Shown: one piece after another, positions 1 to 12,022 of the stretch | Position numbering within the stretch: position 1 is the stretch's first letter | How the letters are laid out: each line of letters starts with the position of its first letter | Source of the DNA: Epiperipatus broadwayi | Taxonomy: Eukaryota > Animalia > Onychophora | Reading direction: 5' to 3' | NCBI GenBank assembly: GCA_028023455.1 | Contig: JAQFVV010000004.1 | Span: forward strand, 4,092,001 to 4,156,000 | DNA length: 64,000 nucleotides | Notes under the pieces: model-generated | Told to the model about the DNA's origin: nothing | The model's input: only the letters and a program-made list of their open reading frames with translations | Databases searched by the model: none | Made by a program: the position numbers and the translations under genes

Positions 1-3000
1 AAAAAAAATGCAGGAACTTAATTGTTTAAAAATAATGTCTACAATGAAAACCATGTACTAAGTTTAGCTAAAAGCTAAACATCATGTAAAGGAAAAGAAA
101 AATCCCCCTGAACTAATCTGCAATAAAATTTTGTCTCCAACAAAGACCATGAGTGACTGTATATTAGCCTGAACTGGAAAAGAAAATGGATAAATTCTTG
201 CTATGTATATTAGCCTAAAATATATTATTCCAAATTAAGAAAAAAAAGGATATAACTGCGTACATTAATGTGGAATTAAAAATCCTTCAAGAAAAACTTC
301 TGCCTGGAAAAAGTGTAAATTACAAATGCAAAGCAGGACTTCAAAGAAAATTAAAATCGTGTATAAGGTATTTTTTTAATGTGGACATTAAATTTAAATT
401 TTTAAAGGAGTTTTAAAATTTTGTTGCAATTGATATTACTTAATATCTTATTACTAGTTTTTTATTCATGTGATTTTTTTTTCTTTCAAAATTAGTTTTA
501 AGTAACTATTTGATGTCTTTTCTTTGTTTTATACTATCTACTCCCCCTCCCCAGACACAAATTATATGCAAAAGGGATGAGATAATTTAAAAACTCATCT
601 CTCTCTGATTGAAAAGCTGTTTTCCAACTTTTATTATTTTAAAAAATAGCTTAATGAATGTAAAAGTTAAGGATTAAAAATCAATTGGTTAATTTTTTAA
701 TGAAATTATCCTTTTTTATATGGATATATAGATTTGAATTATCATATTTTGTAAAAAAATAATTATTAATCAGTTAATTTATTAAATAATTGTTTAAAAT
801 ATATTTTACTTTTGAATCTTTATTCCTCCAGCTATCTGTTACATGAATTGGCAGTGTGTGTGACTTCATTTTATTACAGCATAGTGATTTATGGATTTTT
901 AAATTAACCCAGTAAAGCTATTTAATTATAGTACAGTAAATCTATATATTATTTAAAATTATTTAAACTGCTATATTTATTTATCTTTCTCACAGTAACA
1001 GTTCATAGAGTTATAGCTTCCTGAGCTATTTCGAAACATAATGATTAGGTGTATGTATAGAGGTTTATGTTGGTGTTTGGACATCTTGATAACAACTCTG
1101 GATAGTGCAAATATATCACCCTTAAAGACCAATCACTGCATTTTATTTTCTTAGAAATTTAGTTATAGTTGGCTTCTACATTAATGGTACTATATGGCCT
1201 CAATACTGATGATTATAAGAACGTTTCAGTATCTCTAATATTATTGTTTTATATTCTGGTGAACATTTTATCACTAAATATGTGCATCCAAATATAGTAT
1301 TGGGTTATATTCTGCCCTAAGTTTAGTGGCTAATAAGTAGCCTATTTGTAATGTACCTTTTTTAACTTTAGTCACAAGGTTGGCTGTTAATTTCAAGATT
1401 ATTAATTGATTGAGATTTTAACTGATTTTTATTGATTTGATTATTCTTTCCTAATGCTGGTAATGATTATTATAACTATATATTCTTACTTCATGCTGAT
1501 TCCCATGCTCCTTAATTAATCTTTTATATTTATTCTTTTATATTTGTGATTAGTGAAGATGATGATGTAATAATCTTTTTTCCCATTCCCCCAATATCTT
1601 TCCATATCATTACAATATATACATGTGCACATGTACTTTTATTTAAAATCGTGTCCCTAATGCATCATTTGTTGATGCTCTACATTTTGAGAACATATAT
1701 ATTTAAGGTATTATATTTAAATTATTCCATGCAGATACAATATTATTAGTAACATGGTCATAAATAAAAATAGATCTGTCAACTAAATCAGAGTATCATA
1801 AAGTTTCATAAGTTTTTACATCATCAAAATTTAGGCTATTATTTTTCTGCCTATGTTAAATTAGTTATTTTACAACACTTAACTTTTTTTTAAAACTATT
1901 TTACTATCTCTATTTTCATTTATATATATTTTTGGCCAATAAGAAAGTAAAAAAAAATATTGAGAATATTATTCTTAATTTTATACTATTAATGTTTAAT
2001 AAAAGAATAGCTTAATGATGATATTACTCCAAAATTTGAGTTTCCAAGGTAAATTATGATAAATATAAGTGGTATAATAAACTATCATTAATGATGATCA
2101 GGAGTTACAACTTTGATATAATATCTATACCTATTAACTTCAATCTGTCTTCTGGCAAAGAACTTATCTTACATAGATAAAAGACACAAAGAAGTTGAAA
2201 ATAGAAAGACAAACCTTTATGAGAATAATCTATCATGTACATTTGAAGATTAAAACAGATTTCATGTTTATAAAAATTATTGATTGTTAACTAGATTAAT
2301 TTTTGATAATATATGGAACCAAGGGAGGTATTTAAAAACAGCCTATCTTATATATTGTCTTGTATTCCACCAGTTGCATCTGCTAATAATATATTATATT
2401 AAAAATATTCTTAAAACTTTATATGTACATTAATAATTTAAGAGAATTTATTTATGACCCGTTACATTGTTTGCAGCATAATAATTTCATTTTAAAAATC
2501 GAGTTATTTCTTATGCTACAGAATCCTATTTAATTTTCAAACTATACCTAATCAAATCACAAGTATAAAAAAACTTTCACTTTTTATCTTTTATATATTA
2601 CTTTAATTGATTTTCAAAGTTGTTTTATATGAGAATTAAGATAAAAGAAAAATTTAATTTAATTTTAGCACTGATTGAAAAAAGAGTTTTTGATGCTTGT
2701 CATAAACTATAAATCAATTACATTACTTTAACCAGATGAATAATTTATTAGAAATAAATATATTTTCTAGCAATAAAATATAATAAATGTAACAGCGTCA
2801 TTTTCTTTACTGCTATTATAATAATGAACATATTGTTGCATAAATGATGAATTATAAATGAATGTAATACGTATTCCATTTTAAAAAAATATTTAATTAT
2901 TGCTATTGACATGTTTACAAAGAGAGATGAAAACTAATGATAGGATACCAGTGATGATGATGTTGATCAAGTTTTTTTTTTTTAATTCTTATTTCAAAAA

Positions 3001-3604
3001 TGGTTTTTTAAAGTTATCTTTTGGAGTCACAAAATTTGTTTTCCAATAGATATTTTAATATATATTGGCAAATGGCACTATCTTATGAAAAAGGATCTTG
3101 TAGTAATGTAGTCATGTTCATTCCAATGATATGAGGTTTCCCCCCCCCCCCGGTATCCAGCACTTAGTAATTCATATAACTATCTAATATTGTTCGGCAA
3201 ATGGTTACCAACCTATTCTTAGCCAAAGATTAAATTAAAAATGGAAATACTGCAAACTATTGTCATTTAACAACTCTATTGAGTAAATGAAATATTCTCA
3301 ATCTAATATTGACAAGCTGAAATCTGAAAAATTTTGCCAATTTTAATAAAATTAATATAAAACAAGTTGAAATATAGCTTTAAAGAAGTAATTTGATCAA
3401 CTTAAGATCTTCATGTGTTCAATTCCAAGGTATTTTAAATTTGCCTATCTAAATAAATTTAGGTGAAAAGATAAGCTGGTTTGTTCTTATCTTTTCATTT
3501 GTGCTTTGGATTAAGAGTATTTCATATACTCAATAAACCAATGTTGGAGTGTTAATCTAGTTATTATATAATATTAACCACCAGGAAAAGTTTATATATA
3601 TATG

Positions 3605-4643
3605 AAATACAGGCATGCTTCATATATGTAGAGTATAATTGTAATTATAGAGGATTTGAACACAGACTTTCAAGTTCCTCTCAGAATCCTCTCTATCTCA
3701 TACCATCAATACACATGACTACACACATGTGAAAAAGATAAATGGTCACCAATATATGTATTTCATGCTGAACCAACCCTCATCAACTGGTCCACATCAC
3801 CATCTTGCACACACATATAATCAGTGTTCAGTTTATATTAAGATAGCAAATTTCAAACTTTAATGGACAAGCTACAATCTACTCCACTCCCCAACTCTTC
3901 AGCCACCCATACTATTGAAAATCTGCTGATGTAATGTTCAAATCCTATGCTGATGCCAATATTATTGTCATGCCCATGTTGACTTTAAATCACTCTGACC
4001 CCTCATACTTAGGACTTTGTCACACAAAAGAGAGATGGACTGGATGCAGGCTGAATCTGTAATATTTAAAATACAGGCATACTTCACATACCTGGAGATT
4101 AATTGTAATTATAGGGGATTTGATGACATAATTTCAAGTTCCCTTCAGCTGTCCACTTCTATCACATACCATCAATGCACATGACCACACACATGTGAAA
4201 AAGATAAATTATCATCAATATACATATTTCATGATGCACCATTACTCACCAGTTGGTCCAGATCACCATCTCTCACACATGTTTATAGTCAGTGCAGTTT
4301 ATATTAAGATAGAAAATCTTCAAACTTTAATGGACAGGCTTCAATTTGGGCATTCAATCACCAGATTTTCAATAGTATGGATGGATGAAGAGTTGGAAGG
4401 TGTAGATTGAAATCTGTCCATTAAAGTTTGAAGATTTGTTATCTTAATATAAACTGAGCACTGATAATATATATGAGTAGGAGATGGTGGTCCAGACCAA
4501 CTGATGAGAGTGCTGGTTCAGCACAAAATATGTATATATTGGTGATCATTTATTGTTTTCACATGTGTGCAATCATATGCATTGGTAGGATGAGATAAAG
4601 TGGATAGTTGAAGGGAGCTTGGAAGTTTGTGTTCAAGTCCCCC
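3605..4643 (-). mobile_element. Hammerhead-bearing non-autonomous unit (family A1, 464-nt period): 1.6 tandem copies plus an inverted fold-back copy
   Basis: AAATACAGGCAT recurs at 3605 and 4069 with continuous similarity; 4345-4643 is a reverse-complement copy; decayed hammerhead motifs at 3749-3790(-), 4215-4257(-), 4497-4542(+); ATATATATG flanks both ends. Confidence 0.8.
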
Positions 4644-5468
4644 ATATATATGTGTGTGTATGTATAATGAAACAATCAGAAGTTTTCATGCTCTTACATT
4701 TACATTATTAATAAATATACTTATTATATATATTTGTACTGTTAATGCATAATATTAATCAAGGTTTCATTTATAAAAATTTAGGTAATGTAACTTTATG
4801 AAAATAAATTTTAGCAATGCATGTTACACACCATAGCAAATGAAAAATAAAATTATGTACTATATCTATAGCAAAAGACATTTAATACTGTTTATAAATA
4901 AGAACTATTTACTTTTTATTTTAATATAACCATAAAATACTTAAAATGTAAGAATTTTTTAAACAATTTCATAAAGTAAGATATGAGAGCTCTAATCATT
5001 ATATTTATGATGAAAGCACATGCATTATTTTTATAATTTTTAAAAAATATTCTTTCAATATTCTCATGTTATGTCAGGATAGATGTGTTTTTAATATTAT
5101 AATCTTGTTCACTAGTATTTCCATCAAATTTAAAGTAAAAAAGATATGAATGTTACCTTGTATTCTTAACTTTTTTAATAAAATAGATTGACATAAATTA
5201 CAAATAGCAGGAATATTTGATATAAAACAGAATGTCTAGTTTTATATGACCTTTATCTAATTATGAGTAATTATACATTTTAAATATTAAAAATATTAGA
5301 TATTGCTTAAGCAATATATCTTCTAATTCTTCTAAGATATTTATCAGTGTTTGAACTAGATACATCTTAATTTATATAATTTAATACTAACATAGAATTG
5401 ACTTGAAATATATAGCAATTTGTATGTTTTAGTTTCTTAATTCAAGATACTGTCTTTTGGACTATTAA

Positions 5469-6191
5469 CCTTTGTATGGAAGTGGCTGGTCATAGATGTA
5501 CACAGCTTCCAGTACCTTGAAAACAGTCAGTTTTGACATTACTGTAGTGAATTTACAGTCATTTTAAAGCTTAAAAAAGTACTCTAAGATGCTGCCTTCT
5601 CTTGAATTATTTTACAAGTAAAAAATCAATAATATTCAAATTTATGTTTTAACAATCGAAGAAGGCAGTCTTTCATAGGCTTTGATTGGTTGTTGTCATA
5701 ATGGTCAAAAGAGACCACTTGTCAATAATTGTCATCACTCCAACTTCTTTGTTTCGATTTTGAAAATGAAAGTTTTAGAGCATTTTAAAAGTATTTTTTT
5801 GACATATTATAAATTATTTAGATAAAATATGTTGAAAATAAAATTATTTTAGAAAAATAGTTAAGATTTTAGTAAAAATTATTTATTTTTACACAACGTA
5901 AAATTGAGAAAGAAATCAATTGCATCCATAACACTTTGTAATAGGTTAAGAATGATCTTTTTAAGTTCTCTGCTATGGAATATTTTTATAATTATAATTA
6001 TAAATAGAAATTTATTTTTGAAAAAACTTTCGTTCACTTTCATAATCTGACAAATTATTAATATACTTTTTACAAATAAAATTAAAATGAATATGATATT
6101 AAAAGGTGAATATATTTTACTGCTGATTTTGTAATTGACCAATCAAAAGTTTAGAGTTTTATCTCACTCAGAATTATTGACAACACAAAGG
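5469..6191. mobile_element. piggyBac-like non-autonomous element (MITE)
   Basis: TTAA|CCTTTGT ... ACAAAGG|TTAA termini; GGTCA..GAC-type subterminal motifs; no transposase ORF. Confidence 0.5.
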
Positions 6192-6356
6192 TTAAAGCTC
6201 CATATGACTAGATTGTTTGTTTTTCTCATAAAAGAATTATGCTTAAATCTTTTGATGTTATAATTTTTATGACTTGCAATATTTTTTTATTGGTTTATTT
6301 ATATATATATATACATGAATTAAATGTTTATATGGATTTTATTATATAGATATGTC

Positions 6357-6692
6357 GAGATAATATCCATTAAATAGAGAAATACTTTAACTTTTGATGT
6401 TACTAAGAAACTATCAATTACTACTAATTGACAATTCTTGAGGCAAAGCAAGTTTTTTTTATAATAGCTCTTTTATTGAGGTCTTTAAAGCAAAAGTGGT
6501 TTAAATCCATATAAGAACTTGCTTTTAAAGTAAAACAGGACCCCTTTTGTTTTAAAGATCCTCAGCAAAAGAGATATGAGGAAAAACTTAGTTTGTCTCA
6601 GGAATTGTCAGTTAGTAGTAATTGATAGTTTCTAAGTAACATCAAAAGTTAAAGTATTTAATGGATATTTACTATTTAATGAATATTATCTC
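6357..6692. repeat. Diverged long inverted repeat (~140-bp arms)
   Basis: 6357-6496 is the imperfect reverse complement of 6544-6692 (e.g. AATACTTTAACTTTTGATGTTACT / AGTAACATCAAAAGTTAAAGTATT). Confidence 0.85.
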
Positions 6693-8126
6693 CTCGTATA
6701 TATATATATATATATATAATCTGCTCCCTACAATTGCAAAATTGCTTTAGTCACTACTTTGTTATTAGTATAAGGGAAGACTTCATAATATGATGATTCT
6801 ATGTGTCTTTTATGCCCATGGCCTATAGTTTAAATCTGAAATAACTTCATTTTGATTATTTTTAAATTTTCAAGCTGGCACAGGATTTTGCTTTTCGGTA
6901 GCCAGCCCTTGTTCAATTTAGCTATCTGCTTTGCATAGGGTATTAAATGGGTTTTTAATACATGAAGAGTAAAACTACCATGTAAATCTATATTTTTCAG
7001 TTGAGAGTCAGTGTAATGAATGAAAAATAAAAAAAATATCTATGGAATAAGGCTTTATCACTGATAAGAAAGGGACATATGTCCATAAGTACCGAGCCAA
7101 AATTTACAATGAAACATTTTACTTCTTATATTGAAAGTGTGTGTTTATCAGAGAATAAAACACTTTTATGAAGAGCACTGTTTTCATAAAGCATTTAAAG
7201 ATTCCCATAATTTACTAGTTTCTTCATAAGTTGTTGGTGTGTTTTATGAATTACTGAATCTTTATTTTTTTATGAGTATATTATAATTAATTAATATATG
7301 TAAATCAATAATAATACAATATAATTATTTTTTAGATTCTATATTTCTAATTTGAGTTTGTATTAATTATAATTTCCAAAACTTATGTTGGAATTTAATT
7401 TGATTTCTATAATAAACTAAGGTTTTTCTACAACATATCTTTGATTAGAGCTGTTGTTTGTTTCCAAAAATATTCATACATATTAAGATTAAAGTGATTT
7501 ATGATTTTATTTTTATTTTTTTAAATTTATAATTAACATTTAACATTTTTCATTATAACATCTCATACTTACTTTGCAAAAATTTTAAGGGAAAGTAATA
7601 TTTTCATTTAGAGACTCATTTAAGTTTTGATTATCATTTGACATTTATTATTGTTTTTTGTTTTTTTTTTTACATAATTTTATGAAGTGTATTTTAAAAT
7701 TTGTTCTTATTGTTTATTATACATTTATCATTTTGAAGATCTTCAGATTAAATTTTTTGTTTACTTCTGAGTTCTATTAAGATTTATTTCAATTTAGTGC
7801 GATTGTTGCCATATTTTTTCATAGGGATTATTTCTATTTACTGAAATGTATCTGTTATCATCTTTATTCTCTGCCAAATTTTAATCATAATTGCAATTAT
7901 CTGTATCTAATTACTTTTGGCATTTGTGGTAGTAGAGTTGTTTTACTTATCAAAGAATTGGAATGTAAAATATTTACCAGTATTACAATTTATTGTTAAA
8001 TGCTCTTTTTAATATACATTCCTTTAAAATATCAATACATACATATTACAAAGTATTGATCTATTAGTTTTTCTTTTTTTTAAATTTTCTGTATAATTTT
8101 CAAGTATTAAATAGTATTGGTTAGGA

Positions 8127-9010
8127 CAGGGGTTGGCAACCTGTGGCTTACAAGGCAACTATGGCTCTTTGAGAATGCCATTCTGGTTCTCCACTGAATA
8201 TTTAAATAATATTCATATACAATAATAATAACAAGATATTATTCTTTGAAAGTTTCACATGTGCTTTGGTTCATATGATGCAATTTGTCATCAGCTGATG
8301 TTGAGAGAGTAATAAATAACACACAAATTAATTTTACTGTTGCAAAATGTATAAGTTACTTATTCATTTATTATTTTATGTTACTGACTGATACTTATAC
8401 TCAATTAAAAACTTATGCATTTGGATTTCTGTCGATTTTTAGATTGATATATTTTTGCAAACAGACATTTTTGAGCTCAAAATTTATTAAAAATAAACTA
8501 AAAAATAGCTGATTATCTGTCTTGTTTGAAAATGAAAATAATGTCACATCTACCAAACTGTGACAATCTTTCTTGAGAAATTCATCAACAAAAATCTCAT
8601 TAAAAACTATACATTGTTCTTATTTTTTTATGAAGTATATATTTTAATTTTATTATTCATACAAATTAAATATATTATAAATTATTTGAAATTCCATAAT
8701 ATTGTTTGACCAAAGAAAAATGTTATTTTATATGAAAGAATGTTTAAAATCATTCTTTTTTTTTACTTTAATAATTATAATGATTATTGTAATATTGACA
8801 ATAAATAATTGAATTGCAGTGTATTTTACTACGAGACCTTTAAGCAAAGTAGAAATAATTCATTTTAACAAAAAAAAAAAACTTGTTTAGGCTCAATTTT
8901 CAAAAATATATATTTCATAATTCATGTTGCTGACTTGTGAATCTATAGGTATTATTTTGGTAAATATAACTAAAAATAGCTCTTTATGAAAAAAAGGTTG
9001 CCGACCTCTG
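8127..9010 (+). mobile_element. Non-autonomous hAT (Charlie/Buster-type) with a transposase C-terminal remnant
   Basis: TIRs CAGGGGTTGGCAACC / GGTTGCCGACCTCTG; 8-bp TSD GGTTAGGA/GTTTAGGA; FCKQTFLSSKFIKNKL resembles the hAT dimerisation motif CEQxFS..KxxK. Confidence 0.8.
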
Positions 9011-9690
9011 GTTTAGGATATGTTTGTTATACATCTTTAAAACATTTCTACAGTATTATTTTTTCTAATTTCACTATTTTAGTTTTGAAGCATTTTTTAT
9101 TGAAAACTGCTTTTTTTTTTTTAAATTTATAATAGAAAACTGCTTTTAAAATGTGTTATTACATGAGTAACTTAACTTTTTTATTGCATAATGTTATATT
9201 TCTTTGAGCAGTATTTATAAGACTTTTGTATTTTCCTTTGAACTTTGTCCAGCATTAAATGGGAATGTAAGTGCATACTAAGAATGTTGTATATTTAACA
9301 ATTTTTTAAAGTACAACTATTTTAGCTTATGTGATATGAAGTTAGATCAAGTCTTAATAACATGTATTGGTTAAAATAAAAACAACAATAATAATCCATG
9401 AACTTTGATCTCTAGAGTTTGCCACTCTATTACAATATCAAATCATGCACATATATATTAATTATCTAAGTAGTCAAGGTTTTTTACTGGAGTATGAGGT
9501 TTAAAGTTTATATCTGTGCTAGAGATAATCTCTAGTTTCGAAAATGATTAGTAATAATCATTAGTGTATTTATCTGAAATGGACGGCGTCAAAGTTGTGA
9601 GTGGAGGGAGTTTGACAGTGGTAAATGATAATGTAACAATTTACTCTAGATAAATACTTTGCATATAATAAAGATATATATGAGAGATAG

Positions 9691-9745
9691 TGACCTAGGC
9701 CAACTGATGAGTGCTGGTTCAGCACGAAATGCATCTTGGGGGTCA
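9691..9745 (+). ncRNA. Intact minimal type-I hammerhead ribozyme (within a family A2 unit, ~9520-9760)
   Basis: CCAA-CTGATGA-GTGCTG-GTT-CAGCAC-GAAA-TGCA-TC-TTGG: conserved core, 6-bp stem II, palindromic short stem III, AUC cleavage triplet; stem I extends via TGACC/GGTCA. Confidence 0.85.
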
Positions 9746-10460
9746 TTTGTCTTTTATTATATCTTTATTTATATGAATTTAAAAAGAATGGGGAAGTATG
9801 GAGGTGTTTATTATATCTATAACATTCAAATATTGAACACCATTTTTAATTAAACCCCAATATATTATTTAATGATAGATTTTCATAATTTTTGAGATTC
9901 TACTTACTTTCATCTTGTAAATTATATTATACTGTGCTTCTTTCAAATTTAATTGTTTGTGAAGATATTTTCTTATATGTTTTATTCTGATTAGAGTTTT
10001 TTTATTAGTATTTGATTTTTTTTATACATTAAGTTGTATATTTTAATGGATGTTTTTTGTATTTAATTTTAATTATTTCTTTTTTAAAAAAAAGTATTTT
10101 TATTTTTTGATACTCAAGCATGTGGTATATCATAAGACAATTTTTTTTAATTCATGTGAATTATTTTAATTAAATTTCTGCTCTCTCTCTTTCCACCTTT
10201 CTTTTCCTCCCTCCCTCTCTTTCTCTATCTCTCTCCCCCTCTTTTTTATTTTTGTTTTTTGAGGTTTTTTTTCTTCATACATTTATATTCATTTTCAGAA
10301 GATTTATCATTGGTTAACATATTAGTTTTTTTATTTTGCTGTCAATCATTATAGTAATATAAAGTTTGCATATGACATCATGTTTATGATTATAATACTG
10401 AAGCAATGGATCCGGAAGTCCGATCCATGCTTCACAGCCTCCTATAAACTTAATTAATAT

Positions 10461-12022
10461 TGTAGACCTGAATTAAGTTTATAGCCCAGTATCAGCAGGG
10501 TTTTGCATTAAAGCTAAAATTAATTACGTTTATTAAATTTGTATTTGCATTTAAATATTTCGTTTTAAATAAATTCCATTCCAAGATTAAATTGCTGTTA
10601 AAAAATTCCTTGTAAAACCTATTAATCAAACATATATATACGTCAAGTGTATATATATAAGTTAATGTAAAAATTCTGCTGAAATAAAATGTTATTTTGT
10701 TAAAAGAAATAAGAATATATTTTTCTTTTTAAATTTTGTTAAAATATGGCGTATGATTTTATTTTGAGATAAGCCTGCCAACATTTTCTAAAGGAATGTA
10801 TGTTTTTAATTAGTTAGTCCATTCAAGGCCAATTAAAGATGGCCTTTTTTAATTAATAGAAATTCAAAGTTTGAATAAAGAAATTTAGAATAAGAAATTA
10901 AAAGTTATTTTTAGAAAATGTTACCATGAAACAAAGGAGCGTGGGGGGGGGGCTTAGCAAGATCTAAAATCATATGCAAAACAATAGAAGGGTAGCTGAC
11001 AGAAAGGTATAAATAGGAGAGAGAACAAAAGACTGGGCTTTTTTCAGATTTCTCTTTTGAGAATGCATTCAGATTTCTCTTGTGATGCATTTCAGACTTC
11101 TCTTTAGAATTGATTGAGATTTCATTTCAGAATTCATTCAGATTTCTCTTTTGATTCATTCATTGAGATTTCATTTCAGAATTGATTCATATTTCTTCTT
11201 TTGATTCATTTTTTGATTCAGATTTTTCATTCATTCGTTATAATTCTGACGATTATTATTATAAGGATTGATTATTGATCAGCTCGGCTCTCTCTCTGGT
11301 GCTTTGCTTTTTCATGCAGATCCTGTGCTGTGATCTTCTGAGATTTCATTTCTCAGGCAGATTTTGCTCCTAAAGTTATTTGACTGTCGTCATATGAATT
11401 TGATGGATTCAACCATGTTTGGCAGCTAGGCAAATAGCTTTGCCTGCCACCAGGGTCCTAAAACCATCAAAATGCCATAGTATCCAACCTATATTAATCT
11501 GAACTCTGTGCCGTGTCTGTGGGACCTTTCGTTAAAAAAATGCTGTGTATTTCCATTTTCCTTGTCCAGACAAATACCTCTCTACAGACTTATCAAGCCA
11601 CAAATGTTGCGGGAACAGGACCAAGGAACCGAGATGGTAATCATATCTCTCCTCATGAACTATTTACTGTTCTACCTTTTTTTTTGATCATACCTTTCTT
11701 AATTGCATTATTGAATTCTTTTTCTGAATTGTTTTATTTAATTATATTTTATAATGTAACTATTTCTATTAGACTAATCTTAGATGTTTATATATATTTT
11801 GTGTGATCATCTATTTATATTTAACCCTTCTCCTGCACTATTCCTCTTTGCTAACATGTTATAAATATTTCGTATTCCATTGCGGTGTAAGTTAAAAGTT
11901 AATTTTTCACTTAAAATATCTTTCCAATTTCAATTATGTTTGTAAATTAAATACGAGTAAGTTTCCTTTGTTTGCCAACTTGATCTCCTCGATAACCCCT
12001 CTTTTGTCTGCCATTAGCCACA
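10461..12022 (+). mobile_element. Possible solo LTR
   Basis: TGTAG...CCACA termini, TATA-like GGTATAAAA near 11006, internal tandem repeats, higher GC than flanks; no clean TSD. Confidence 0.35.
11041..11235. repeat. Degenerate minisatellite (TTCAGATTTCTCTT / GATTCATT units)
   Basis: Repeated TTCAGATTTCTCTT and TTGAGATTTCATTTCAGAATT motifs. Confidence 0.7.

Noticed and set aside
11041-11235. Repeat array resembling CRISPR
   Set aside because: Degenerate contiguous repeats with no unique spacers; eukaryotic context; no cas genes
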